NCBI GenBank assembly: GCA_963765495.1
Contig: CAVXWP010000009.1
Span: 512,001 to 576,000, forward strand
Direction of reading: 5' to 3'
From: Blastocatellia bacterium
GTDB lineage: Bacteria > Acidobacteriota > Blastocatellia > UBA7656
DNA length: 64,000 nt
Each line of letters starts with the position of its first letter. The first letter of the stretch is position 1. The translations under genes were made by a program, and so were the position numbers. The notes below the pieces were generated by a model, which had not been told where the DNA came from, did no database searches, and worked only from the letters and a program-made list of their open reading frames with translations. Positions 10,432 through 20,183 of this stretch are shown in pieces.

Positions 10432-12141
10432 TCACTGTGTCACAGGCTTAATTACGGAGGATATATCCGAGGTCGAGCCTTCGCTTGCCTGCGCGGGACC
10501 TGAAAGATATATCCCCATCTGCTCAATATCTTTCGGAAGACGCGGCGAAAACTCTCTCAGGTGCTCGGCCAGATTGCCTGCCTCCGAAGGCGCGACCGCG
10601 TAAAATGCAATCTTGTCATCTTTGCATACCACGTTGTCGGGAATATGCCATTCTCCTACTTTTACCCACTGCGACGGAACGCCCCCAAATATCGCAAACC
10701 ATCGGTCATAGACCACCGCTATCTTTACATTATTTGCGTTTGCAAGACCGGCAATCTGCTGAGGCTCAAATCTGTTTTCGAGTATGGCGTTCGCCACATC
10801 GAGGCTTGAGCCTCCAAGGAGATCGAGGCACTTGATATCGGCGAAATAGTTTATGGCCCCGATGTCTGTACCGGCGACACTTTCATGCCTATAAAACTCG
10901 TTGAGAAACAGGGCCGTCTGATACTGATGTTCGTAAATATTTTTCGAAGCCCGCGCGGTTATCTCCAAAGAATCCAACGCCTGCTGCATGGGCCTTGTGG
11001 CGAGAAACAGGAGGAAAGGAGCGGCGAGGATCGTAAACAGCGCCGCCACAGCCTGCCAAAGATGAAGTTCTCGACCCGGCTTGAGCGTAAAGAGAGCGGG
11101 CAGAAACTCGCTCATAGATGCGCTCACGACGAATATGGCCATAGCGATCAGATACGCCTCGTATCTGAAAAACCAGCCTGTCCTTGCAAACTCCACGTGC
11201 AGCAGGACTCCCGCGAGGAAGAGCAAGTTCATTATGGTCGAGACCTGCCAGACCCGCTTTCTCTTCAACTGAAAATGAAGAAGGATCACGCCGGCTACAA
11301 GCATTACAAGAATCTGCGGGTTGGTTACAAGTATGGCAAATTGCTGATGGCCGAGACCTATGAATGATTCTATGGAGTTAATAGTCGGCTTATTGCCTTT
11401 GAGAAGGACCGGGTTTGGCAACAGGTGGGACCCAAGCAGGACTGAGATAAGCCCGAATATGATCACCGGCAATACGGCCAGCGCGCCCATCAAAAGAGAG
11501 TATCGGATACGCCTTCGCAGCAAGAGCATTATGCACCCGACCAGCAGCAGGAATAATCCTTCATAGCGGGTCATAACCATCAACGGGGCGATGACAAGCA
11601 ACATCTTTTTATCGAACTGGACGTTCTGTTCGCTCTCCGCATCGCTCGCAAGCACCCTCGCGCACAGATATACAAATGCGATAGAAAGAAGAGTGTGCAG
11701 CACGTGTTCTTGCCCCGAAAATATTAGCGAAGGCAGAGGGGTAAGATAGATCAAGGCAAGCAAGGCTATTGCAATAAATCGCGAATACAAGCCCGACTGT
11801 CTTAAGACGCGATAGACCAGCAGCACCAGAGCGGTCGCGGCAATAAGATTCAGGATAAACAGGGCGCTTTCGATGCTCCCGAATATCAGATATACAAAGG
11901 CAAGCAACAGAGGCCAAAGGATCGAAGCCGATGCCGACGAAAATCCGTACGGCGTGATTCCCCATACGCCATGTCGAACAAGGTTCTTCGCTATGGCCAT
12001 GTGTATATAAGGATCATCAAGCGCATAGATAAAGTGCCCGTCATTGTAATTGACTGCGATGGTCACCAATACGGCCATCGTGCCCCAGAGTGCAAGCACC
12101 GCTATAAAGGCGGGCCAGTGCGATTTAAAGAACTTCAACAC
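10432..12141 (-). CDS. GT-C fold membrane glycosyltransferase, AftB/arabinofuranosyltransferase-like
   Basis: DDPYIH..AKN...G motif after TM1; TRYEG; DIGAINYF..IKCLDLLG; multiple TM segments; GTG start. Confidence 0.65.
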   Translation of the reverse strand: MLKFFKSHWPAFIAVLALWGTMAVLVTIAVNYNDGHFIYALDDPYIHMAIAKNLVRHGVWGITPYGFSSASASILWPLLLAFVYLIFGSIESALFILNLIAATALVLLVYRVLRQSGLYSRFIAIALLALIYLTPLPSLIFSGQEHVLHTLLSIAFVYLCARVLASDAESEQNVQFDKKMLLVIAPLMVMTRYEGLFLLLVGCIMLLLRRRIRYSLLMGALAVLPVIIFGLISVLLGSHLLPNPVLLKGNKPTINSIESFIGLGHQQFAILVTNPQILVMLVAGVILLHFQLKRKRVWQVSTIMNLLFLAGVLLHVEFARTGWFFRYEAYLIAMAIFVVSASMSEFLPALFTLKPGRELHLWQAVAALFTILAAPFLLFLATRPMQQALDSLEITARASKNIYEHQYQTALFLNEFYRHESVAGTDIGAINYFADIKCLDLLGGSSLDVANAILENRFEPQQIAGLANANNVKIAVVYDRWFAIFGGVPSQWVKVGEWHIPDNVVCKDDKIAFYAVAPSEAGNLAEHLREFSPRLPKDIEQMGIYLSGPAQASEGSTSDISSVIKPVTQ

Positions 12142-12178
12142 AGGTGATGCTCCTTGAGCGGGGCCGGTACTTTGAGGC

Positions 12179-13645
12179 TTAAAGAGCCGCGAGCATTATG
12201 GCAGCCATCGCGATACACACACCATAACTGACTCTATCTTTGACTGTGAATACGATGGGGTCGTCATTCATTTTTCCGCGATGGGCCAGGAACCACATCC
12301 GAGTAATCCAGTAAAGCAGCAGGGGACCTATCAACCACAGGACTGTCGGGTGGCTGTAAAGAGGTAGCACTTCCTTGCTATTGATATAGAGCGCAAGTAC
12401 AAGCGCCGACATATATCCACTTGTGGAACCCACGCTTCTGAGCAGTTCTATATCTTCTACGCCGTAGCTGCGACCGCTGGCGTGCGTCAGATTGCGTTCC
12501 TGCATGATGCGCAGTTCGGAATATCGTTTGACAAAGGCAAGGCAAAGAAAGAAGAACATCGAAAAGGCAAGCAGCCACGGCGAGATGATTATATTTACGG
12601 CCATCGCGCCTGCCAGAACTCGAAATGTATAGAGCCCGGCCAGCACCAGCACATCCCCGATCAAGACCCGCTTGAGATAAAAGGAGTATCCGGTCGTCAA
12701 TGCCAGATACAAAGCAAGCCCCAGAGCGAACATCGCCGGGAGAAAAAGCAGCGCTATCAGGAAACTGCTCGCAAGCAATACGGGGATCACCAGCACGCCA
12801 GTTCTTATCGGCAGATGACCCGAAGCAAAGGGGCGCTGCCGCTTGTGAGGATGCAGCCTGTCGGATTCAAGGTCGAGCAGATCATTCATTATGTAAACGC
12901 TCGAAGCGCACAGGCTGAATGCCGCAAATGAGAGCGCAGCGGGAACGAACAATGTAAAATCGAATATCTTGTGGGCCATCAGCAAAGGGAGGAAGAGTAA
13001 TATGTTCTTTACCCACTGATGCACACGAAGTGCTCTTAAAAAGGCGAGCGGGCGATTCCTCTCGATGGAAAAGACCTGTTGAATGGGCGCAAGGCGCGCC
13101 GCCCTGCCAAGCAATCGCTTCGACGGCTCAACCAGGATAGCGGCGTTTGCCGACTTCCATAGATGAAGATCGACGACGCTGTCGCCCGCGTAATCGAACT
13201 GTTTCGAGCCAAAACGTTCCTCAAGAGCCTTGCACTTATTGCGGCCCGAAAGGTTTACTTCGCCGTCGCTTGCCATGACAGAGGAAAAGATTCCCAGATA
13301 CTCTGCTATCGGTCGCACGGCCTCGGCATCAGAAGCGGTGGCAAGAACTATCTCGCGGCCCTCTTCTTTTTGCCGACACAAGAATTCAAGCACTTCTTCG
13401 TTATATGGCAGGCTGGCGGCGTTGAGTTGAACTCTTTGAGCAACCTGGCGCTTGAAATAAGCCTTGCCCTTGAGCAGCCACAAAGGCAGGGCAAATAATG
13501 AGAGCGGGTTTTTCTTTATGAGTAGAAGGACTGATTCCCACAAGAGGTCTGTGAGAAGAAGCGTGCCGTCGAGGTCCACGCAAAGCGTCGGCACGAAGCT
13601 CCGCTCACCGATGATCTGCGATTTTATGTTCTGGTGTGCGATCAT
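12179..13645 (-). CDS. HAD-UbiA fusion, polyprenyl-phosphate phosphoribosyltransferase
   Basis: N-terminal HAD (VDLDGTL, YAGDS); UbiA domain (RVHQWVKN, YIMNDLLDLESDRLHPHKRQRPFASG, DDPIVF). Confidence 0.9.
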   Translation of the reverse strand: MIAHQNIKSQIIGERSFVPTLCVDLDGTLLLTDLLWESVLLLIKKNPLSLFALPLWLLKGKAYFKRQVAQRVQLNAASLPYNEEVLEFLCRQKEEGREIVLATASDAEAVRPIAEYLGIFSSVMASDGEVNLSGRNKCKALEERFGSKQFDYAGDSVVDLHLWKSANAAILVEPSKRLLGRAARLAPIQQVFSIERNRPLAFLRALRVHQWVKNILLFLPLLMAHKIFDFTLFVPAALSFAAFSLCASSVYIMNDLLDLESDRLHPHKRQRPFASGHLPIRTGVLVIPVLLASSFLIALLFLPAMFALGLALYLALTTGYSFYLKRVLIGDVLVLAGLYTFRVLAGAMAVNIIISPWLLAFSMFFFLCLAFVKRYSELRIMQERNLTHASGRSYGVEDIELLRSVGSTSGYMSALVLALYINSKEVLPLYSHPTVLWLIGPLLLYWITRMWFLAHRGKMNDDPIVFTVKDRVSYGVCIAMAAIMLAAL

Positions 13646-13761
13646 TAGCCTCTGGTCCGATGCTGCAATCAGGGAACTTGAGAACTTTCAGGCGATGGTT
13701 AAAGGGCGGAGCAATCGCTCGCTCCGCCCCACGTACTTGCCACTTTCGAACGAGCGACAAT

Positions 13762-14247
13762 TTATTCGATCGGCGTGCCGCTAGTGGGTACGCGGTTGCT
13801 TGCAGAAGCAGTCGGTGCCGTTCCGCCTGACAACTGATAGATCACAAACGTCTCGTTGGAGTAGAACGAACGGTTGCCCGAGCCGAATGTCCCGCTCGAC
13901 TGCGGCTGAGCCGTTGTGTCGAACTGGGCAGCAGTCGTAGAACTGGCTGCCGTGCCGGTGCAGGCGAAGTTGTAACCGCTCTTGCCGTTCGCGCTTGCAA
14001 GCGCCGAGTCAACAAGGTTTGACCCATTCAATGTGCCAAGGCTGTCGGCAAAATCTTTGCCTCTACCTTCGGTTGACTGATAGGTGGCCTGCGCCGTTCC
14101 GATGGTGCGGACAGAACCGATGGCTGACGCCTCATTGGCCGCCTGTCGGGACTTCAAAAGGTTGGGTATCGCGATAGCGGCAATAATCCCGATGATTGCT
14201 ACCACTATCAGTAGCTCGATCAGTGAAAATCCATTCTCTTTCTTCAT
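13762..14247 (-). CDS. Type IV pilin (pilin 2; Ser/Thr-rich, candidate major pilin)
   Basis: MKKENG/FSLIELLIVVAIIGIIAAIAIPNL; AGGAG RBS 10 nt upstream of the ATG at 14247. Confidence 0.9.
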   Translation of the reverse strand: MKKENGFSLIELLIVVAIIGIIAAIAIPNLLKSRQAANEASAIGSVRTIGTAQATYQSTEGRGKDFADSLGTLNGSNLVDSALASANGKSGYNFACTGTAASSTTAAQFDTTAQPQSSGTFGSGNRSFYSNETFVIYQLSGGTAPTASASNRVPTSGTPIE

Positions 14248-14332
14248 ACAATCCATGCTCCTTCTTTTTATATTATTGCCGTAGGTCAGTGTCCCTAGCG
14301 GCCGAACTACGACAGATCGCAGCCACACTAAT

Positions 14333-14348
14333 CGCAAAGCCCGTGCCG
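14333..14348 (-). promoter_or_regulatory. Sigma54 (-24/-12) promoter for pilin 2 and probably the downstream glycosylation genes
   Basis: Minus strand CGGCACGGGCTTTGCG matches TGGCAC-N5-TTGC. Confidence 0.65.
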
Positions 14349-14441
14349 TTGCCCTGTGCCACAGGAATATTCTTCGAATTGACTGTAAACAAAGGGTTGT
14401 TTTCGCTTCGGAGAATTTCGCAGGTAGATTTAGGAAGGGAG

Positions 14442-14487
14442 TTTTGACAAAAAGCGGCAAACTGCGTTTGCCACTTTTTGTCAGAAA
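14442..14487. terminator. Long hairpin after pilin 3 (terminator or activator site)
   Basis: tgacaaaaagcggcaaac-tgc-gtttgccactttttgtca. Confidence 0.55.
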
Positions 14488-14496
14488 AAGGATTGA

Positions 14497-14919
14497 TCAA
14501 GGGATGGGAGTGCTTGATCCATCGGCGGGTGCTCCGAGGTTGGTACGGATCACGCCCGTATCATCAACAAAGAAATATGGCGACGAGCCCGGTTCTTCTT
14601 CGGGCGTTGCTGTACAGGTAAAATTCTTATTGCTGTTCAGGAGTTCGAGGGTGAATGTATAACCGCTCTTCGATCCTGCGCTGACGGTCGGGTCCAATGT
14701 CCCTTCCGGGTTGAGACCGGCTAAGGTAGTGTATTCTTTATACTTAATGTTATACATATTCTCTGCGGTAACGACCATTCTCAGAGTTTGAATAGCCGAC
14801 CCCGCTTGAGCCTTTTGTCTGGCCTTTCTCAATCCAGGCACAGCGATGGCTGAAATAACGCCTATTATGGCTACTACTACAAGCAATTCGATAAGTGAGA
14901 ATCCTCTCTCGCTCTTCAT
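14497..14919 (-). CDS. Type IV pilin-like protein (pilin 3)
   Basis: MKSERG/FSLIELLVVVAIIGVISAIAVP; GSKSGYTF...FFVDDTGVIR; GGAGG RBS. Confidence 0.9.
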   Translation of the reverse strand: MKSERGFSLIELLVVVAIIGVISAIAVPGLRKARQKAQAGSAIQTLRMVVTAENMYNIKYKEYTTLAGLNPEGTLDPTVSAGSKSGYTFTLELLNSNKNFTCTATPEEEPGSSPYFFVDDTGVIRTNLGAPADGSSTPIP

Positions 14920-14984
14920 ATTCCACCTCCTCTATAAGACCTGATCTGCGGTCTGCGCCAACGAACAAAGATTTGACCCTTTCC

Positions 14985-15000
14985 AGCAATGACTATGCCA
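14985..15000 (-). promoter_or_regulatory. Sigma54 promoter for pilin 3
   Basis: Minus strand TGGCATAGTCATTGCT, near-consensus -24/-12. Confidence 0.7.
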
Positions 15001-15216
15001 TGCCCTTAAATCAGTCCTTACTGTAGAGAAATGACCTTTGCCCGAATTTCCTGAAACGAGTCGGATCAAATTCAATCCGACCGCATAGAGGAAGGCGATT
15101 GAACCAGGGGGCAGCTCACCGGGTTGAATCACAGAGTCCTCCGTGTCAACATGGCGGTCGGAGGCTTTAAATCCGGGACCATTTCTCCGGGTTGAGACGG
15201 ATATCCTGACGCTTCC

Positions 15217-15232
15217 CGTGACATCTGTCACT
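15217..15232. promoter_or_regulatory. Crp/Fnr-family operator upstream of the nitrate reductase operon
   Basis: CGTGACATCTGTCACT = GTGA-N6-TCAC; same TGAC-N4-GTCA core as 22691-22706. Confidence 0.6.
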
Positions 15233-15298
15233 GCCCGACAAGCCATTCACCCTTAAACTGGATTCTCTTTTGAGGCATTCGGCATTAGAGGGGACGTA

Positions 15299-16453
15299 TT
15301 GAACAAAGAAATTGTAAAAGCAACTGCCTGGGGAATACTGATTACTCTTATGCTGTCTGCGATGGTCCTGCTCGGTTCGCGCAATCTGTCGCATTTCGAT
15401 GCCGCGCTTGTGGGATATACCTTCGCCGTGCTCTTTGCCGCTTTCGCCATCACCTATCGTTATGCGATGTGGTTGCAGCGTCCGCCCACGACCCTGTACT
15501 GGAGGCGAGGCTGGCAGGTATTCTTTCGTCCGCGCCACCTGAGGGCGAATCTCGGCAACTGGTTCAAGCGCGTCATCTCCGAACTCGCGTTGAATATATT
15601 CATCTTCAAACGCGCGCGTCTTCGCGGAGTAGCCCACTGGCTGATAATGTGGGGATGCCTTCTGGCCGTAGCGATCACTTTTCCGCTCGTCTTCGGCTGG
15701 CTCCACTTCGAGACGCTGCCCGAAGACCTGACCCGGTATCGCGCCTATGTTTTCGGCTTTCCCGCCTTCTCGTTCCCGATTGAATCGCTGCCCGCATTTC
15801 TGATCTTTCACGGACTCGTGTGGGCATCAATACTTGTTGTGGTAGGAGTGATGCTTGCCATGCGAAGACGCATGCGCGATCACGGGGCTGCCGCGCTGCA
15901 ACAGTTCGGGGAAGACTTTCTGCCGCTCATCCTCCTTTTTGCGGTAAGCGTGACCGGGTTGATGCTGACGGCAAGCTACACCTGGATGAAGGGATATGCA
16001 TATGATTTCCTCGCCATCCTGCACGCCTTCACAGTTATCTTCACTCTGCTGTGGCTGCCGTTTGGAAAATTTTTTCATATCTTTCAAAGGCCCGCGCAAC
16101 TCGGCGTGAGCTTTTACAAAGACGCAGGCATTCGTCAGGAGGCGGCCAACTGCCGCCGATGCGGCGAGCCTTTTACATCAAGGCAGCACGTAGAGGATTT
16201 GATAGAAGTTGAGCGCAAGCTCGGCTACAGCTACGAAATGAAGCATCCCGAGGCCGGGCACTATCAATGGATTTGCCCGCGCTGTCGCCGGGCGATGCTG
16301 GTTCTCGCGCAGGGGCGTCTCTCGGAAGACTCGCAGGGCGGCGAGCCCGCTATCACGGGCCTCGCGCCTCTTATGCCTCAATCCACGCTCGGCAATCCTC
16401 AAATAGGCTTCGGCCCTTTGAGCGAAGAGGATCGCAAGAACTTTCATCCGTAG
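15299..16453 (+). CDS. NarI (gamma subunit)-like polytopic membrane protein with C-terminal CxxC/CxxC
   Basis: Several TM helices; His positions ([25 protein letters not shown]); CRRC and CPRC; TTG start. Confidence 0.6.
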   Translation: MNKEIVKATAWGILITLMLSAMVLLGSRNLSHFDAALVGYTFAVLFAAFAITYRYAMWLQRPPTTLYWRRGWQVFFRPRHLRANLGNWFKRVISELALNIFIFKRARLRGVAHWLIMWGCLLAVAITFPLVFGWLHFETLPEDLTRYRAYVFGFPAFSFPIESLPAFLIFHGLVWASILVVVGVMLAMRRRMRDHGAAALQQFGEDFLPLILLFAVSVTGLMLTASYTWMKGYAYDFLAILHAFTVIFTLLWLPFGKFFHIFQRPAQLGVSFYKDAGIRQEAANCRRCGEPFTSRQHVEDLIEVERKLGYSYEMKHPEAGHYQWICPRCRRAMLVLAQGRLSEDSQGGEPAITGLAPLMPQSTLGNPQIGFGPLSEEDRKNFHP

Positions 16454-16507
16454 GCGCGAGCGGAGAAATCTGTAGAACGGGGAAACCTGTAGAAGGAGTC
16501 ATCGCCG

Positions 16508-18715
16508 ATGGCCACAATACCTGAGGAGACAAGAAAGATCATAGAAGAGTTCGGGCCTCACCTGGCCTACTCTACGGGAGCGCGGCTGGAAACCGGCATC
16601 GAACCGGACCAGATGGTTGATACGCATTGCTGTTTCTGCGGGCAACAATGCGGCATAACGCTAAAGGTCAAAGACAATCAGGTGATCGGATTCGAGCCCA
16701 GAGAAGCGTTCCCTTTCAATCAAGGCATGCTCTGCCCCAAGGGTGTAAAGCGATACCTTCAAGGCTCGCATCCCGACCGCCTGCTTTCGGCATACGAACG
16801 CGACGCCTCGGGGTTTCGCCCCCTTCCCTACGAAAAGGCCATCGACCGGGTAGCCGGTGAGATACAGCGCATTCAAAGTCAGTACGGGCCAGACGCATTC
16901 GCTGTCCTTACAGGCGCGAGCCTGACTACTGAAAAGGCGTATCTGATGGGCAAATTCGCTCGCGTATGTTTGAAGACCGCCAACATCGATTATAACGGAC
17001 GGCTCTGCATGGTGAGTGCCGCGGCCGGAAACAAGAAGGCTTTTGGCATAGACCGGGCCGCCAATCCCTGGTCGGACATACCCGGAGCAGAAGTCGTCTG
17101 GATAAGCGGAGCCAACGTAGCCGAATGCGCTCCGATCACGACCAACTATGTCTGGCAGGCGCGAGAGCACGGAGCAAAGATCATAGTGGTTGACCCGCGC
17201 ATCACACCCATTGCGCGAACCTGCGATCTCTTCCTGCCGATCAAACCCGGACGCGATATAGCTCTGTTCAACGGTATTCTCTTCCTGATGATCGAGAATG
17301 ACTGGCTCGATCACGACTTCATCGAAAAGCATACGGCAGGGTTTGAAGCAGTCGCCGAACACGTGAGAGAGTGGACCCCGGCGCGCACGGCCGAAGTCAC
17401 AGGGATTGCCGAGCGCGCCGTGCGTAAGGCGGCCGAGTGGTGGGGCGAGGCCCGGACCAGTTTCCTGCTCCACGCGCGCGGCATCGAGCATCACAGCCAC
17501 GGGGTTCAAAACGTGCTTGGCGCGATAAATATGGTTCTGGCTTCCGGTCGCATAGGCCGCGCGCATTGCGGATATGCCACGATAACAGGCCAGGGCAACG
17601 GGCAGGGAGGGCGCGAACACGGGCAGAAATGCGATCAGCTTCCGGGCGCTCGCGATATAAGCAATCCCGAACATCGCGCTTACATCGCCGAAGTCTGGGG
17701 CGTAGCACCCGAAGAACTTCCCGGGGCCGGCGTTGATGCCTACGAGATATTTCGAAAGATTGACCGGGGCGAAATCCGTGGACTCCTGAGCATATGTTTC
17801 AACCCCAAGGTCTCGCTGCCCGACAACAACTTCATAGCGCGGGCGCTTGATAAACTCGAATTCTATGTAGCGATTGATTTCTTCCTGAACGAAACGGCGC
17901 ATCACGCCGATGTAGTCCTGCCCGGATCGCTCCACGAAGAGGATGAGGGCGTGGTCACTCAGGTCGAGGGCCGCGTCATCAAGATCAACAAAGCGATTGA
18001 CCCGCCGGGCGAGGCCCGTCAGGACTGGCGAATAATTCAAGACATAGCGCGCCGCCTGAAACGCGAACGAGGATTCACCTTCGCAAGCCCGCGAGAAATC
18101 TTCGACGAGCTTCGCCGGGCATCTCGCGGCGGGATCGCCGATTATTCAGGCATAACTTATGAAAAGATCGAACGGCAGGACGGGGTCTTCTGGCCGTGCC
18201 CGAGCGAAGACCATCCGGGGACGCCTCGCCTGTTCGAAGCAGGATCGTGGAACCCTGTGGCCAAAGGCACAGGCCCGTTTTATTTCCCTGACGGGCGAGC
18301 GCGCTTCAACGTAGCCGCCTACACACCGCCCGCCGAAGACGTAGATGATGAGTACCCTGTCATCCTGACCACGGGCCGCGTGGTGAGTCAGTTTCTGTCG
18401 GGCACTCAAACGCGCAGGATCGGCCCCCTCGTAGACCAGTATCCCGAGCCTCGCGTCGAACTTCATCCGCGACTTGCGGAACGGCTCGGCCTGACCGATG
18501 GTGACTGGACAAGGGTTGAGTCGCGTCGAGGCGATTGCACATTGCGCGCGATGGTTGTGAGCACCATCCGGCCAGACACGGTCTTTATTCCTTATCACTG
18601 GGCGGGGCGAAAGAGCGCGAACCAGTTGACCGTTTCGGCGCAGGACCCTATATCGAAGATACCCGAATATAAGGTCTGCGCCGTTCGACTGAAGAAAGTG
18701 ACAGGCGATACGTGA
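16508..18715 (+). CDS. Molybdopterin oxidoreductase, NasA/NapA-type nitrate reductase catalytic subunit
   Basis: HCCFCGQQC...LCPKG 4Fe-4S motif; NGRLCMVSA Mo-ligand loop; [11 protein letters not shown]; LTTGR; [11 protein letters not shown]; no Tat signal. Confidence 0.85.
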   Translation: MATIPEETRKIIEEFGPHLAYSTGARLETGIEPDQMVDTHCCFCGQQCGITLKVKDNQVIGFEPREAFPFNQGMLCPKGVKRYLQGSHPDRLLSAYERDASGFRPLPYEKAIDRVAGEIQRIQSQYGPDAFAVLTGASLTTEKAYLMGKFARVCLKTANIDYNGRLCMVSAAAGNKKAFGIDRAANPWSDIPGAEVVWISGANVAECAPITTNYVWQAREHGAKIIVVDPRITPIARTCDLFLPIKPGRDIALFNGILFLMIENDWLDHDFIEKHTAGFEAVAEHVREWTPARTAEVTGIAERAVRKAAEWWGEARTSFLLHARGIEHHSHGVQNVLGAINMVLASGRIGRAHCGYATITGQGNGQGGREHGQKCDQLPGARDISNPEHRAYIAEVWGVAPEELPGAGVDAYEIFRKIDRGEIRGLLSICFNPKVSLPDNNFIARALDKLEFYVAIDFFLNETAHHADVVLPGSLHEEDEGVVTQVEGRVIKINKAIDPPGEARQDWRIIQDIARRLKRERGFTFASPREIFDELRRASRGGIADYSGITYEKIERQDGVFWPCPSEDHPGTPRLFEAGSWNPVAKGTGPFYFPDGRARFNVAAYTPPAEDVDDEYPVILTTGRVVSQFLSGTQTRRIGPLVDQYPEPRVELHPRLAERLGLTDGDWTRVESRRGDCTLRAMVVSTIRPDTVFIPYHWAGRKSANQLTVSAQDPISKIPEYKVCAVRLKKVTGDT

Positions 18716-18740
18716 TTCGCGATACGTGATTCGCGAATCA
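18706..18740. repeat. Short family B (CGTGATT-type) repeat overlapping the Mo-enzyme stop
   Basis: Two copies of cgatacgtgattcg followed by cgaatca. Confidence 0.55.
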
Positions 18741-18765
18741 TTGCGCGTATTGCGCGGGAGGCCAT

Positions 18766-19410
18766 ATGTCTGTTCCTGAAAACATGGAATTTTTTATAGA
18801 CCCGGCGCGCTGCATAGGCTGTCAGGCCTGCATGCAGGCTTGCAGCGAGTGCGACACGCATAAGGGACATTCGATGATTCACCTTGAGTATGTGGACCGA
18901 GCGCATTCGGTGCAGACGGCTCCCGTCGTCTGCATGCATTGTTATTCGCCCACGTGCGCCGAAGTCTGCCCGGCAGACGCAATCAAGCGCACGGATGACG
19001 GTGTCGTGCAGACCGCTCGCAAGCCCAGATGCATAGCCTGCAACAACTGTGTGCTGGCCTGCCCCTTCGGCGTGCCAAAGATGAAGACCGACTTCAAGCT
19101 GATGATGAAATGCGATATGTGCTATGACCGGACCTCGGTGGGCAAAAAACCGATGTGCGCTACGGTCTGTCCGAGCCAGGCGCTCTTTTTCGGCACTCGC
19201 GAGCAGATAGAAAAATTGCGGCCTCGCTCCATGCCTAACAACCGCTTCCGATTTGGAGCGCAGACAGTAACGACAAAGGTCAATATGATGATGCCGCGTG
19301 CGGCGCGAGTCGAATATCTTGATGTCACCTCGGCTATGAACGAGCGCGCCATAGGCAAGAACATCACCTTCAACATTCTGACCGATGCTCTGCACGCAGG
19401 CGAGGAGTAA
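18766..19410 (+). CDS. 4Fe-4S dicluster electron-transfer subunit (DmsB/NrfC-like)
   Basis: [17 protein letters not shown]...[14 protein letters not shown] and KCDMC...C...CP. Confidence 0.9.
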   Translation: MSVPENMEFFIDPARCIGCQACMQACSECDTHKGHSMIHLEYVDRAHSVQTAPVVCMHCYSPTCAEVCPADAIKRTDDGVVQTARKPRCIACNNCVLACPFGVPKMKTDFKLMMKCDMCYDRTSVGKKPMCATVCPSQALFFGTREQIEKLRPRSMPNNRFRFGAQTVTTKVNMMMPRAARVEYLDVTSAMNERAIGKNITFNILTDALHAGEE

Positions 19411-19413
19411 GAG

Positions 19414-19962
19414 ATGAACCAGCAAGATCGAGAGAGCAAAACCGTTGCGCCCGATGGTCGGCCCGATGCGGATCAACCGCGCTGGCGCAGGGATTTCCCC
19501 ATAGACTGGCCCGAGGATCATTACATCGCCCGGCGAGACTTCACAAAATTTATGGTGCTGACCAGTCTGGCATTCGTGGTGGGGCAGTTCTGTATAGCGT
19601 TTCAGAATATCTTTCGCAAGCGACGCGGGGAGCCCGCCATTCGCCGGATCGCAGACGCCAAACAGATAGCCACAGGCGAAGCGGTCAGCTTCGCCTATCC
19701 CGAAGAGCACAACAGATGCCTGCTCGTGCGAACGGGTGAAAACACCTTTGTGGCCTACAGCCAGGAATGCACTCATCTGTCGTGCGCCGTAGTGCCGGAA
19801 GTGGAACGGGGCCATTTCAAATGCCCGTGTCACGAGGGCTATTTCGACCTGGCGACGGGGCGGCCCCTGGCAGGGCCTCCGCGAAGACCGCTCAAACGAA
19901 TCACACTCGAAATCAACGGGAATACGATTTACGCCACGGGAGTCGAAACGAGAACGTTATGA
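19414..19962 (+). CDS. Rieske 2Fe-2S protein with Tat-like membrane anchor
   Basis: CTHLSC and CPCHEGYF boxes; GPP; ARRDFTK followed by a hydrophobic helix. Confidence 0.9.
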   Translation: MNQQDRESKTVAPDGRPDADQPRWRRDFPIDWPEDHYIARRDFTKFMVLTSLAFVVGQFCIAFQNIFRKRRGEPAIRRIADAKQIATGEAVSFAYPEEHNRCLLVRTGENTFVAYSQECTHLSCAVVPEVERGHFKCPCHEGYFDLATGRPLAGPPRRPLKRITLEINGNTIYATGVETRTL

Positions 19963-20183
19963 AAAAACGGTTCACACGCGAGCAACGGACTACGATAGTC
20001 TACGGCATCCTGTGCATTGTCCTGATAATAGTCCTGCTCCAGTTGTGGTTGCTTGCGGCCACGATGAACGCGTATCTGGGCGGGGACGAGTCGGTTATCT
20101 GGCCCGCGGCGTTTGCGAGCCTCATCTGCCTGGGATTGAATCTGGGGTTGCTTAAATACCTTTATAATATGGAGAAATCATAA
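19959..20183 (+). CDS. Small two-TM membrane protein (74 aa), operon member
   Basis: [32 protein letters not shown]...; ATGA overlap with the Rieske gene and TAATG overlap with narK. Confidence 0.75.
   Translation: MKKRFTREQRTTIVYGILCIVLIIVLLQLWLLAATMNAYLGGDESVIWPAAFASLICLGLNLGLLKYLYNMEKS

Noticed and set aside
14248-14460. 71-aa N-terminal extension of pilin 2 given by the ORF track
   Set aside because: The class III signal, RBS and sigma54 promoter place the real start at 14247
16661-19833. Long antisense ORFs (459 aa and 412 aa) over the nitrate reductase genes
   Set aside because: Shadow frames of GC-rich coding genes; no recognisable motifs
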